Assembly: GCA_964304625.1 (NCBI GenBank)
Contig: OZ199840.1
Coordinates: 8,705,487 to 8,769,486, forward strand
From: Kudoa neothunni
Taxonomy: Eukaryota > Animalia > Cnidaria
Direction of reading: 5' to 3'
DNA: 64,000 nt
The notes beneath the pieces are model-generated. The model was given only the letters and a program-made list of their open reading frames with translations. It was not told the DNA's origin and ran no database searches. Numbering within the stretch: the stretch's first letter is position 1; each line of letters opens with the position of its first letter. Below are positions 11,403 to 23,640 of the stretch, in pieces. A program made the position numbers and the translations under genes.

Positions 11403-14267
11403 AATATTTTAAGTTTATTTCTTTTGGAAAAATTTATATAAATTCCATTAATTTGAAAGATGATGTATTATAAATGTCCTGAATACCTATTATTCGAGGA
11501 ATTAGTTAAACCTACATAGCACACAATGCAAAAAAATACTAAATTTTTAATTTGATAAATAATTATGTTTGATAATAGTAGAAAATATTCAATATTATGA
11601 AACTTGTTTAAGTCTGTTTCCCTACTAAATCATAATTAAGGTAATAACATAAAATGAAATTTTTGATTAATTCATTTTTTTAAAATATATATATATATAT
11701 ATGAAGTAATAATTAATATAGGAGGTTTTTTCCGTATAACCCCAGGTACTTTAAATAGTTACTGAAATTTCACCTCTGTTCCTCTTGCTTAGGAACTCTT
11801 GTGCAATGGCTTAACTCTGAAAGGAACTATGAGGAAAAACAAAAGAAAAATTCCGGATAATTTTCTCAAGTCATGGAAACGTGATGTTTTTTCATCCATT
11901 TTTGATTTCAGTGGGGATTTTATATTAGGCTCGTGCGTTTCAAAAAAATACTACGCTGTAAACCTCTTGTCTAGTCAACACCATGATAACTCAATCCATG
12001 ACGTAGACTGAAAGACACCCAACATCACTATGCACCACAAAAAAACAAATGATGGTGTTGATATGGCTGACAAATTGACCGCCCAATATTCCTACAGCAA
12101 ACCTACGAGAAGATGGCCATTTAAAATTATTTATGGACATGCTCAGTACAGCTTGCTTAAGTGTCTATATTTTATGGATAAAAAAGCATCCTGAGTGGCA
12201 ACAATCACGTAGAAGTCGGAGACAATGTTTTATACTGCAGTTATCCATTGAATGAACACGAGAACATGTATCACGGCGCCAAAATAACCAAAAAAGATTG
12301 TCATTTTACATTAAGCATAGATTTCGTCTATTTTATGGAAGTATCAACAATGATTCCTCGTCCCTCATATCTAGTTCTTCGCAAGAATTAAGTAAGATAC
12401 GATGTTTTCATTGTCCACAAAACCAAGACAAAAAATCACGGATATTGTTTCAATTTCCAAAAATTTGTTTGTGTCAAACATATAAAACATAAGAACATTA
12501 TTTATTTTTCGGACAACGACAAATAATTCCTATATAATTGAAAAAAGTTTGTGTTTGTTTTCTTATATTCTCAACCTTGTGTGAATATAATGGCGTCGTC
12601 AATATACTCAGTAAAGCATTGATGCTAATTTTTTTTTATTATTGATATTGCGTTTTGATTCAACCTATACTTAATCCGCTGATTAAATCCAAAATAAACC
12701 TTAAACACCTGAATCGATAATTGGAATAGTTTAAAATGTTTTAAAACTATATGATTTTGACTCATACAACGGTTTCACGAAATACGTGAATAAATGAAAA
12801 AAGAAGTAACGTTTTATTCCCTAACCGTAAACTATATGGGATTTGAAATAATTTCTTAAACTATACGCCGAAATAAATCTTTCAACATTTTTATATACAC
12901 TTAAAAATTAAGGTCACACACAAAAGAATTTTTGTTAGGAAAATATTAATTATAATGAACAATTAACTGCCTGTAATGTTTATTGTACTTTAAATAATAA
13001 GAATTTATTCCCTCGTATGTTCATTTGAATGATTCATTAATGCAAGGATATATAAACGTTTAAAAAATTTGACTCTATCTCAAAAAAACGATGGTTAAAG
13101 AACATAACTATTGATATTCATAATTTTCTGATATTACACTTAATCAAACTAATTTTTTCATTCGTAAAATTGTTGAAGTTTCATCCGCAAAATCAAAAAT
13201 TAAATTATTACATTTCGTTATTCAAATAAAGATCAAAGTTTAAAAAAGAGGAAATAAACTCAAATGGAAAATGGAGGCTTAGAACACAAATCAATTGAAT
13301 TATAATGTCAGAAAATAATAATGATGCGTGTATATTTAAAACGCAACAGATTATGACTGAAGAATTCCGCGAACAGCAAAAATACAAAATCCTGCGTCAT
13401 TTGGGATCGAAAATCTGATTATACTAACCACGATCGAGAGTTCCGTTTCGATGCATGGTTTTTTCCAGATAGCGTATATCTATATCACGTGAAACTTTTG
13501 TTTTTTTTAAGTTTTCTGATTCAAGCATGAATTATATCTATAAAACAATCTCCACTGTTGAAATATTACCGATTCAAACACATGCATTTCATTTTGTGTA
13601 AAAAATATTGCAGCTAACAAACAACGCCATTTTTTGTAATGAAGGAAATAAAAATTTAGTTAGATTTTGGTTTTAATTAGCTTAATATTGTATAATAAAT
13701 TAATTGATAATAATTCAATCGCAGTAAAACTTAGTTATCATTGATTGCTTCTGGGGTCACTGAGTGCCCACCACCTCGTCAGGGAGTAATTTTTTGTCAC
13801 TCAGTACTAGGAAGGTTCAATAACATCGTTTGTATAAATATCACGCTCCCAAGAAATAAGCTCAAAAACAAAGAGAAAATTAAGGAGTACACGTATTCTT
13901 AAAAACCATCCAATGAAATTAATAATCATTAATAAATATTATTATTTTTAAATCATACGTTCAAATTTAATTATAATGACCCCTAAAAATATGGTTTTTA
14001 AGATTGAGTTATTCGGTGGTGCATTTCTATCTTGAAGAATTTTAGACATTTTTTCACTTTAATGTAGTAAATAAATTGAATATTTAGTTAATTTTATATG
14101 GACGTTAAACTTATATGATTTTATTAGAAAGCTAGGATAAAATAAAGTTAACAAAACTAGTGCTATTTTAAAAATTTGATTATGAATAAATTATTGTAAG
14201 AAAATATAAATAATAATTAAATAATATAATTAATCAAAGTATTAATAAATAAAAAGAACGTTGGGGG
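11403..14267. repeat. Segmental duplication, flank type A (3' flank of copy 2), paralogous to 42910-45853
   Basis: Near-colinear identity by eye, starting AATATTTTxAGTTTATTTCTTTTGGAAAAA. Duplicated ORFs 11799 and 43306. Confidence 0.9.
11770..13815 (+). mobile_element. 5'-truncated piggyBac-like transposon remnant
   Basis: GTMRKNKRKIP, LLSSQHH, GVDMADKLTAQYS..RRWP motifs and a C-terminal Cys-rich domain. Right end ...CTAGGAAGG followed by TTCA (TTAA in the 45416 paralogue). Confidence 0.75.
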
Positions 14268-17198
14268 CTAGTCATTTTTCTTTTTTCCGATGAAAAATGC
14301 GATTCCCCCCTATCAAAAGTACCACTCCTGCAACAGCTGATACGATTATTCTATCTATAAATTAAACAACTCAAATAACAAAAATTAATACATCATTTTC
14401 ATGTTTGACCTAAAATTAAAATTTCGTTATATTGTTATATACAATAATATAGTAGTAAAATCACTTTGCACTACTTTTTTCACCTAAAGAGAATAACAAT
14501 AAAAAAATAATTTTTAATTTATTTAATACCTTGATTTATTGCAGCGGTTCCGTAATATGTCGGATCAGACTCCAAGTATACGATTAAATGATAATTGTTT
14601 GATTCTGGCAAGTTATCAATGGTGAAACTTGCACATTTTGGAAACTTGGTGCATTTAGAATTCCGCACCATACATGATCTCACAATTAATTGTGATTTTG
14701 CACTTGTATTTTTCAATTCCCATTTACATTTTGACTTTTCGTTCACTTTTGTCGAATGATGAGTTTCCACTGTGAATGTAGTTCCATCTCGTGTTATTGA
14801 AACGTCTAATACTTTATTGGTGTCTGTTGGATTTTCTTTAGGTTTATCTAATCGTTGATTAATATGGATAAATTTGAAATTAAAATTTTTACTTGAAGGG
14901 ATATCAATTGTTTGTTGTGTAGATTTTCCTCTAGCAGTCACCAAAACTCTGTATTCATGGTTTGGATCGTAGTCGGTGTTGAATACAATAGATTTGCATG
15001 ATGGCATATTTTGACATGTCTTTGAAGTGATATCATTAGTTTGAGCAGTATTTGCTGTTGCTGTGCCACCTGCTCTAGCTATACTTACTATCTCTGATTT
15101 TGGTGTAATTTCAGAACTTTGAGAAGGTTGTGAAGTCTGTGAGGATGGATCGGGAAATGTAAGAGTAGGTGGATTAGTTGAGGCAGGGGCAGGGCACACA
15201 AATATCGATTCATAATCATTACCCTTTTTAATTTTTACATCGTATTCACACAGGGCTGGAGTTTTTGTCGACAATCGTGCATTCAATTCGAATCCTTCCA
15301 TATTAAATCTATGAGTAATTGATAGTGTATCCAACTCTAATGAAATTTTATTTAATAAAAATGAAACAAAATTAACTTACGAGTTTCAACTCCACTATAA
15401 ATATGTTCCGCATAATCTTTATGAGCAACTACTTTAATGTCATATTGAACACCAGGTTCTAGACCAATGATTTTTTTAGTATCCTTACAGAAGCCTCTAC
15501 ATGGAATGCTGTCTTCGCATGACGCAGGATAGAAATTATCTTTTCCTGTCAAACTTATATGATATTCACATGTCGGTTCTGTTTCTTTATCATCGCGTAC
15601 CGTACCATCTACAGCTTTAAGGGATGCATCAGATGCTGTTGTTGTTGGAGTTGTAGCTAAATAAGTCTTCCCACTGCCGTTTTCTTAATAAATATTAATA
15701 TTGTCTGAAACATTAAATATATTTACTCGTTCTGTAAAATATCTTTTCTTTAAAATTTGTAGGGTTGGTAATTCCGGTTGCAGTTACTTCAATAATATAT
15801 GCCCTACCAGCATTAAGACCTTTTACGACTAATTCTGAGCCATCTTGCTTGCAATCTCCGTCAGTGGAGGAGGGACTTGTACTACTACCAGAAACACAAG
15901 TAGTAGTAGTCGACGTAGTCGGTTTAATACTGTCAGCGGCATAGTGGGTGAGAGTAGGGGTTCCATTATTCTCTTTTAAAAGGTTTGAATTAAATGTAAC
16001 ACCAAAATTTGTATGAGATGACAATAATTCTTTGGTTTGCTCAGTAATGGCTGAAAAAATTAAAAAATGTTTAAACTTTTTCGTTAAACAATTACCGTAT
16101 TTATTTTGGATATAACCGTCATACGTTTTGTTAGAATGCATTGATAGCTTGTGATGCCTCGTTTGGATTATAACACTGTAAACCGATTTTGCTGCAGATA
16201 CTGTTAAAGTAACATTTTTACAGGGGGCATAGCATTCACCGTTGCTGTTACCACACTTTGATTCATATGCATCATTAACTGCAGTAGTCTCAGCATTTCT
16301 AACACGAAAGACACAAATTTCATGGGATGGGTTATTAGTAAATTTCAAAGTGATTTTTTTGTCATCTTCAGTATTTTTAGTAACATAAAATTGTGGCTTG
16401 TAAATTTCAATGTTGTCTCTCATGTACACATTAGGCAAGTTATAAAAAAAGCTTGGATAATTTTCACATCTCACTTCATAATGAGGAATTAGGAGATCGA
16501 AATCAACCGTATTTGCTTCGTTTTCAGTGATACAATTAGTGTTGGCCGTTCCTTCATTGTATTTCGTATCCTTATAGTGGATTGGACAGGCCACTGGTGT
16601 GTATGTTTTTGCACACAATTTGAGCTTTTTTGAATTGTCAGTGGAAATTAAAATTTGTGGATTTACAAGCAATGCTAAATTTAAATTAAATGTTAATAAA
16701 ATTTAATATCACAGTTACGTATTACTAAACCAAACACTTTGCCACCCTTAATTTGAGTTTGAGTATTAACAGCCCCTGCGTTAATTCCAGCAAAAATGTA
16801 AATGAATTGAGTTCTGGGAGAAAGTACGTTAAAACCTATCTTTATATCATCCCCAGCACACTTTCTAACACATTTATTTTTTGATGCTTCATCAGTATCG
16901 TTATTAGGACATCCATCTATTTCACCAAGCACAGCAGGAGGGGCCCCATTAGACTTCATGATACGGCAGGTTTTACCTTCTGTAGTATATGTACTTCCTT
17001 CTAAAATAAGTTGGACCTTGAATATATTTGCAGTAGTATCTTTCACAATTTGGTATTTCACAGTTTCGGCCAAAGAAGTTTGAACTGGGACTACTTTCTC
17101 ACAAAGTTTTTGTTTAATGAGAACTATAAATAATTTTTTAAATATGAGGAACCAAATAAATTACTTAATATGTAAAATACGTTTAGAACATTCATCAT
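14268..17198 (-). CDS. Family copy 2; intact except one extra base in the TM exon
   Basis: 34-nt exon 1 at 17165-17198 (MMNVLNVFYIL|ILIKQKLC), same 10-exon layout as copy 1. C6 at 14305-14310 versus C5 in the other four - copies shifts the end to IGGNRIFHRKKEK*. Confidence 0.8.
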
Positions 17199-18097
17199 TA
17201 GAGATATTATATGAAGAAGAACGTATTGTTAAAATCCAAAATATCGGTTGTATATGATGAATAAAAGATCATGCTAATTAATGAATACTTTCATAAGTAT
17301 TATTTAATTCGTATTAATAACTAATTGACGACAAGCCAACGTATGATTATTAACAATAAGATATAGAATTTAATATAAAATTGGCGTTATTAAGCTACTA
17401 AGTATAAAGAAATATTATAAATATTTTTCCTGCAAAACTTGAAAATCTCGAAATGTATATCAGTTTACTTTTAAAACTACAAGATCTCATTCGTCCGAAT
17501 ATATTTAGATTCTTGCATCAAAAAAGAAGAAACAATATTTCAAATATGATAAACGTAATTTTTTAAAAGATATGTTATTCTAATTATATTCAAGCCACAA
17601 CTATAGGATATATCTGATCTGACATTATTGATCTTCCAATTAATATCTATTCTCTATACTAAAATTATTTAAATAATAAAATTTTATTTTTAGGCACGAA
17701 TATAAATAAAAATTCTATTTAATTTTCCATTCCTTAAACAAAAATATAAAATACTTATTTTTTAAAATATTTTTTATTACTTATATTCATTCTCTTTGCT
17801 TTGTTAAATATGAATGACGATTCCAAACTACACGTTCTATTTCAAATATTTCCCCAGTAATACTAAAATAAAAACCATTTTTTATTTATTATCATTTATA
17901 ATACAATAAATAACTTTTAGTTATTAATAATCATATGTCAAACGAGGAAACTAATTCCTCTATATCAATGGACTGTATTAATCGGGTTAAAGTACTATTC
18001 TTGGTAAATAATATAAACTTACCGGTTATAAAATTACATTATAAATAGTTTGATGTAAATCGAAACAATAATCAATTAAGTTGTATTTAATTTTAGA

Positions 18098-19460
18098 CAG
18101 TGACTATTGGCCGGGTAGATTAGCATCCCGCGTTTAATAAATTTACTTTAAGTTGATATGCTATTAAATTAAACGTTCTAAATAACATTTCAATGATAAA
18201 TATATCTCGCGATTAAGTTTCATTGAAGAATATTTAGAAATGGACAGCATCAAGGTTTTCATGATTAAATTTATAAAACGTTATAGTTTTGAATCAAAAA
18301 ATTCACTAAACTTAATTTATCCATCAAAAATTAAACTTCATGTGTATATTTTCTGATGACTTAACTCAGTGTTATAATGACCATTGAAGCGCATCTACAA
18401 ATAATAATGAACAAATATATTGTGCTCCATTTTCAAAAATAAGAAAATACCATTTATATCAACCCGATAATTTATAGATATTTAATCTCAATAAATTAGT
18501 ACTAACTAGCTAGTTCACATGATGCTTAACATACGAAAAGTGCATTTGGTCAAGCGGCAAATAGTTTAACATATTCATATCTAACAAATTATAAAGTTAT
18601 ATTAACTATTTAAATAAAATAAACATTTGTTATTATCCCAATAAAGTAATTATACATCATTTAATTTTCAAAGAAAGTAAATCAATTGTTGTAGTATATT
18701 CTTAAAAAATGAGCTCATATAATGATGGTTACATGTAAGATATCGTATTTATCGTAAATTAGTTTCCAAGTCTATAACATAATTATAGAAACTTATTAAG
18801 ATTTCAGAATTTTAAAAACAACACTTTTGAAAAAATCCGTCTTTTAATATCCAATTCTGTTTACAAAAGAAAGAGTATTTATTCTATTATTTAAATCATT
18901 GAGTATTTTTACTGATTTAATTTCATGTGACATTATAATACTCGATCACATCGTTTATTGGGGTTTTCAATGAATTCGCGTTTTAATATGGAATTATTAT
19001 TTTTGTCATGAAATTCAATCCGTCAGATTTTCAACTCTAACTCTGAAAAGCGATAAAATGTATCACCGACGTTAATAAAGCTGTCTATTTTAGTGTTAAT
19101 ATCCCTATCTTCTATACCATATTTGATGCTGTTCATCATGTACGTATAAACACGCTATCCTGTGTACCAATTCCATAAAATACAACGTTACATCATTATG
19201 TTGATACTATTACTAATTGTTAAATTTACTCATGAATTTCCACGAAAAATAAAACAATAAAAAGTATAATAAAATCATAAAATCTCAATTGCATAATCAA
19301 GCTATATCGGTAGTACTTCCCAACTGGAACGACTAATATTAAATTTAGATTTTTAAACGTTGTTATATAACAGTCACAAAACAAACAATCTTATTTTATT
19401 TTTTTTGCACCAAGAAAAGTAAACGATCATAAAATTTATGTGCCGGGCCAATAGTTACAG
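18098..19460. mobile_element. Putative non-autonomous TIR element
   Basis: Imperfect terminal inverted repeats CAGTGACTATTGGCCGG / CCGGGCCAATAGTTACAG. The block is absent from the paralogous flank at ~55700-55720. Confidence 0.45.
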
Positions 19461-19655
19461 AATTAAATTTATTTAATTAGTATTAACAACTTATGAATTA
19501 CTTTATTATTTGATTCATGTTTACTATTAAAAATAGCCAAAATGTTATATATTTTCTGTAATTTTAATACAAAAACCAAATATAACTATTATTAATCTAT
19601 TATTTTAAATCTTAAAGTTTTTATTAATAAATATTTTGATTTAATCTACTATATA

Positions 19656-22009
19656 TGTTACAGGCATTGTATGAAATTCAAACAATATATAGAATGCCTA
19701 GGCAAAGTGTATAATATATGCGTTCTTACATACTCTATCTAGGCATTCTATACAATGACTAGTTCTACTTCATGCAATTTATAAAAAATTAATTCCCACC
19801 AAAAAGATGTTCGATTCGTCGTTTTCACGTGATAATAGTCCTTGGGTTTAGACGACGCAACGTAAGTTTGTGCTCATTGCTGTGTGTTTGTAAACATGAA
19901 CGGAAAAAATTCAAATGTAGCATTTGAAAAAAAATCCCGTTTGATTGAAATGAGAGAACTTTTCCTTACAGAGCTATCAAAAATGCGAACCACTGGTGCT
20001 AAAAATTGTGTTTTCCTTACCGACGCTAGTTATGAACGACTAGTGAATGATGTGATAAGAGCAAAGCTAACAACAAAGAAAGGATCACGGGATTATTGGC
20101 TTCTGAAACGCTACGATGTGATGACGATAGAGGAAAAAAGAAAGTTGCTCTATCCTGTCAAAGAAAGGGTCCGTTCTATTCAGTTTTACGTCAGTGATTC
20201 TGAATTATTTGATGTTATTCATGACGCTCATGTAGACATTGGACATGGAGGACGAGACAGAATGTTAAAGGAGCTTCGACCAAAATTTAAAAACATTACC
20301 AGTCGTGATATTGAATTGTACATTCAACTTTGCCAGGCATGCCAGAAGAAACAAAAAGGCATGAAGAAAGGCATTGTAGTGAAACCGATGGTATTTTCAG
20401 ATTTTGATTCCCGCTGTCAGGTGGATCTAATTGATTACCGACCCCATCCTGATAAAGAATACAAATTTATAATGGTATATCAAGATCACCTTACTAAGTT
20501 TGTTGTTTTACGGGCTATTAAATCAAAAACAGCTGAAGAAATGGCGTTTAATTTAATAGACATATTCACATTACTGGGAGCTCCACCGATATTGCAGTCA
20601 GATAACGGTCGAGAATTTTCCAATAAGGTGATCACAAACCTGAAGAAATACTGGCCGACATTAAAGATTGTTCATGGAAAGCCGCGACATTCTCAAAGTC
20701 AGGGTAGTGTTGAGCGAGCTAACCAAGATATCGAAAACATGTTGTCTACTTGGATGCAAGACGAAAAAGCCAACAAATGGAGTGAAGGAATACTTTTCGT
20801 CCAACTTATGAAAAATAGAGCCTTCCATTCTGGGATTCAAAGAACACCTTACGAAGCTCTCTTTGGCTGCAAAGTTAAAGTTGGTCTCACTACGTCTTCC
20901 ATATCTCAAGATGTCTTAGTCGGTATACACACTGAAGAAGAATTAGAAATAATAATTGAAAATATGCACACAATAGAGTTAGATGTGAACCATGTGACCG
21001 AAGAAATGAGCATTATTCCACAGAACCCTGTTGAGATTTCTGAATACGAAATGGAAAAACAATGCTACAATGAAGAGATGTGTACTCAAGAATCTGAAAA
21101 TTCCTCCGTGTGTTGTGTATGCTTAAAAGCAAGTACTGGTGCACATACTTGCATTAAGTGTGGCCGAAGCGTCCATATAATCTGTGGGGAAAGTCTAAAA
21201 GACTACAATGGTGAAACAATTGAAGGTTATGGTATTGATATCTGCTGCATTATTTAACATTGAAAATGTGGAAAAACATAAGAAGCTGTCTATGTTGAGC
21301 CTAGAGATTTAAGCAAAAAGAATGAAAATGGCTTCGGAAAAAAATTTTTCTCCCGCAACTTTGGGCGATACCGTGCGCATTCCTATTCCTGATGTGGACA
21401 AGGGACGTGGTGACCCGCGAAATGTGTTAGCGGTGGTAATGTACCTTACGGGAGATGGTTTTTACCGACTTGGAACTAATCAAGAAAGGTTAAAGCAGCT
21501 ATACGCAAGATCACAATTTAGCATTTGCCAAAAGCGATTTATAAAAATTGTTGATGTCAATGACCACGAAATACCTCTACGCTCTGCTGCTACTTCTCAA
21601 TCAACAGGAAGTGGTCAAGGATTTTTAAGGTGTATGTGTAAAACTAAGTGCCAAAATAACAAATGCCTTTGCCTCAAGAAGAATTTACAATGCAATTCAA
21701 AATGCCATTCTAGTCTTCCTTGTTGTAATAAATAATAAGTTATTGTTGTGCTTCGTTTGTGATTTTTCTGAAGGCTAATTTCGACTTCTTCTTGCGCTTC
21801 ATTTTTGATTATTAACCATTTTTTGACGAATATCTTTTTAAATTTGCATATTTGCACATTGCCTGAAGTAGAACTAGTCATTGTATAGAATGCCTAGGTA
21901 GAGTATGTAAGAATGCATGTATTATACACTCTGCCTAAGAATGCTAGGCATTATACACATTAAATAGGCATTCTATATACATCCTGAATTTCATACATTG
22001 CAGGTAACA
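19656..22009 (+). mobile_element. Ginger-like DNA transposon with KRBA2/SCAND3-type rve integrase
   Basis: Termini TGTTAC...GTAACA with ~120-150 bp imperfect TIRs (19726-19777 mirrors 21858-21912). Flanks TATA/TAAA (possible 4-bp TSD with one mismatch). No LTR, gag or RT. Confidence 0.85.
19884..21735 (+). pseudogene. Integrase-type DDE transposase (HHCC zinc finger, rve core, Cys-rich C-terminus), disrupted near 21257-21322
   Basis: HDAHVDIGHGGRDRM..CQAC; QVDLID; ILQSDNGREF; SQGSVERANQ; C-terminal CMCKTKC..CLC...CNSKCH. Confidence 0.85.
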
Positions 22010-23640
22010 TAAAAATGAAGTGTCCGAGCGTGTCTGCCAATACGCATGTGCGTCAAAATTGTTTCCTTATAGAGAGACAGTTATGAAATTTTTTAAAAAT
22101 CACAATGTTTCAAAAAATCTTTTAATCGTTATCACACTACAAAATGTTCCCAGCATTGTTTAGAAAATGGTGATTTGGTCGATTCAAAGTTTGTTAAACG
22201 GATTACCTGATCACAACCATAGAATTAACACCTGCGTATGTCATGGTAAGGGTCGGTTGAAGTTAATTTTCCCCTTTATATGTTCCATCAAATGTTGGTT
22301 AACTGCTGTCATCTGACTTTTTATATAAATTTAGTATGTAAATTTTGGTGTTCGTGCAGATACACTCTCTATGTCGGGAGTTTTAACGTATTTGACGTGA
22401 TAAACACATTTTGAAGGTTCTATTAATGGTTTTAGAAATGGTAAAAAATCTATATATGATTCATGAATAACGAATTAATGAAGAACATTAAAATTGCATT
22501 GATTGAATCATTGTAATACAAGTATTGTGTCCGTAGATCTCATTAAAATCGTCCTTTAAGTCTAACTTACCGTGATTAAATTCAATGCAGATGATTTTAC
22601 TTTTATTTCACCCAGTTATTTAAATTGTTTATGTTGAAGTTGACACGTTTTGCGGTTTTTTATGCGAAAAAGTGCGTAAAGCTCTTGCGGGGCCAAGGGA
22701 TATTAATTTGAGTAATAAAAATTTATTTTCGTTTATTTTCTTGTCTCTATATCTTTTTATCTTATTTACCGCCTCAAAACCACGAAAAAAACTCTGAGTC
22801 GGATCAAAAATAACGTTTTAGATATCACTTTAACGGGATTTACATAATCCGGGAATGCAAAAAATACTACACTGAACTTTAATTATTTAGAGTTGGCGCT
22901 GGGCCACGAAATTTTCAAATGAACGCCGGAATTGGTACACTCCTTCACAGAAATAATTGTAATTTAAATTTCATATTCCCAGTCATTCAAATATAATGCT
23001 TGGAAATTATTTTAGTTTGACTCCATCTATATTTATGGGTTAATTTGAAATATTAATATCTTTTTAGAATGTTAATACGAAGTTTTTCAGTGCTTAATAC
23101 TCCCAGACAAAGCTGGGCGGTTCTCACTAGTAATATCATACAGAGAGTGGAGAAGGACCTATTCTTATTTCTTGATAACTAAAATCAAGTCAATAGTTGG
23201 TAGGTTAAAATGGTTCATTATCATAATATTGACGCCCCCATTGCCTTTATCTATTTGTAATATTGAATTATTTGGATTTTTTTCTTCTATGCTCCTCTGA
23301 AATATTCCTAACATTATTTTTATAATAAGAAAAATATAGAATTAATCGGATTATTTTACAAAAAAAGCCATCAATAATCAATAGCGAGGCCACCGATTTC
23401 TATAATTTTGAATTTGATTTAATAAAAAATTAAATATAGTATTTTATTACTTGTTAAAGGCTAATTAACAGAATTTGTTGAACTTATTATGTTGGAAAAA
23501 ATGAAAAAATGAATTTAGAACAAATTTGTTTATATTTTATTTTATCTTTTGTTGTTAGAGAAGTAAAAAATCTCAAGAGTATATATACATTATTTTCCTT
23601 TAAATTAAGATTGAGGTCGATTCTTAAAGTATTGAATTTA

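Larger units (their letters stand above)
19645..23130 (+). mobile_element. Non-autonomous Helitron-like element interrupted 11 bp from its 5' end by a Ginger-like element
   Basis: A|TCTACTATATA[insert]TAAAAATGAAGTGTCC... ending with hairpin CCCAGACAAAGCTGGG (23102-23117) and CTAG|T. Confidence 0.75.

Noticed and set aside
19884-21257. Host KRBA2/SCAND3 gene or LTR retrotransposon
   Set aside because: It is bounded by TIRs, with no KRAB/SCAN domain and no gag, RT or LTRs.
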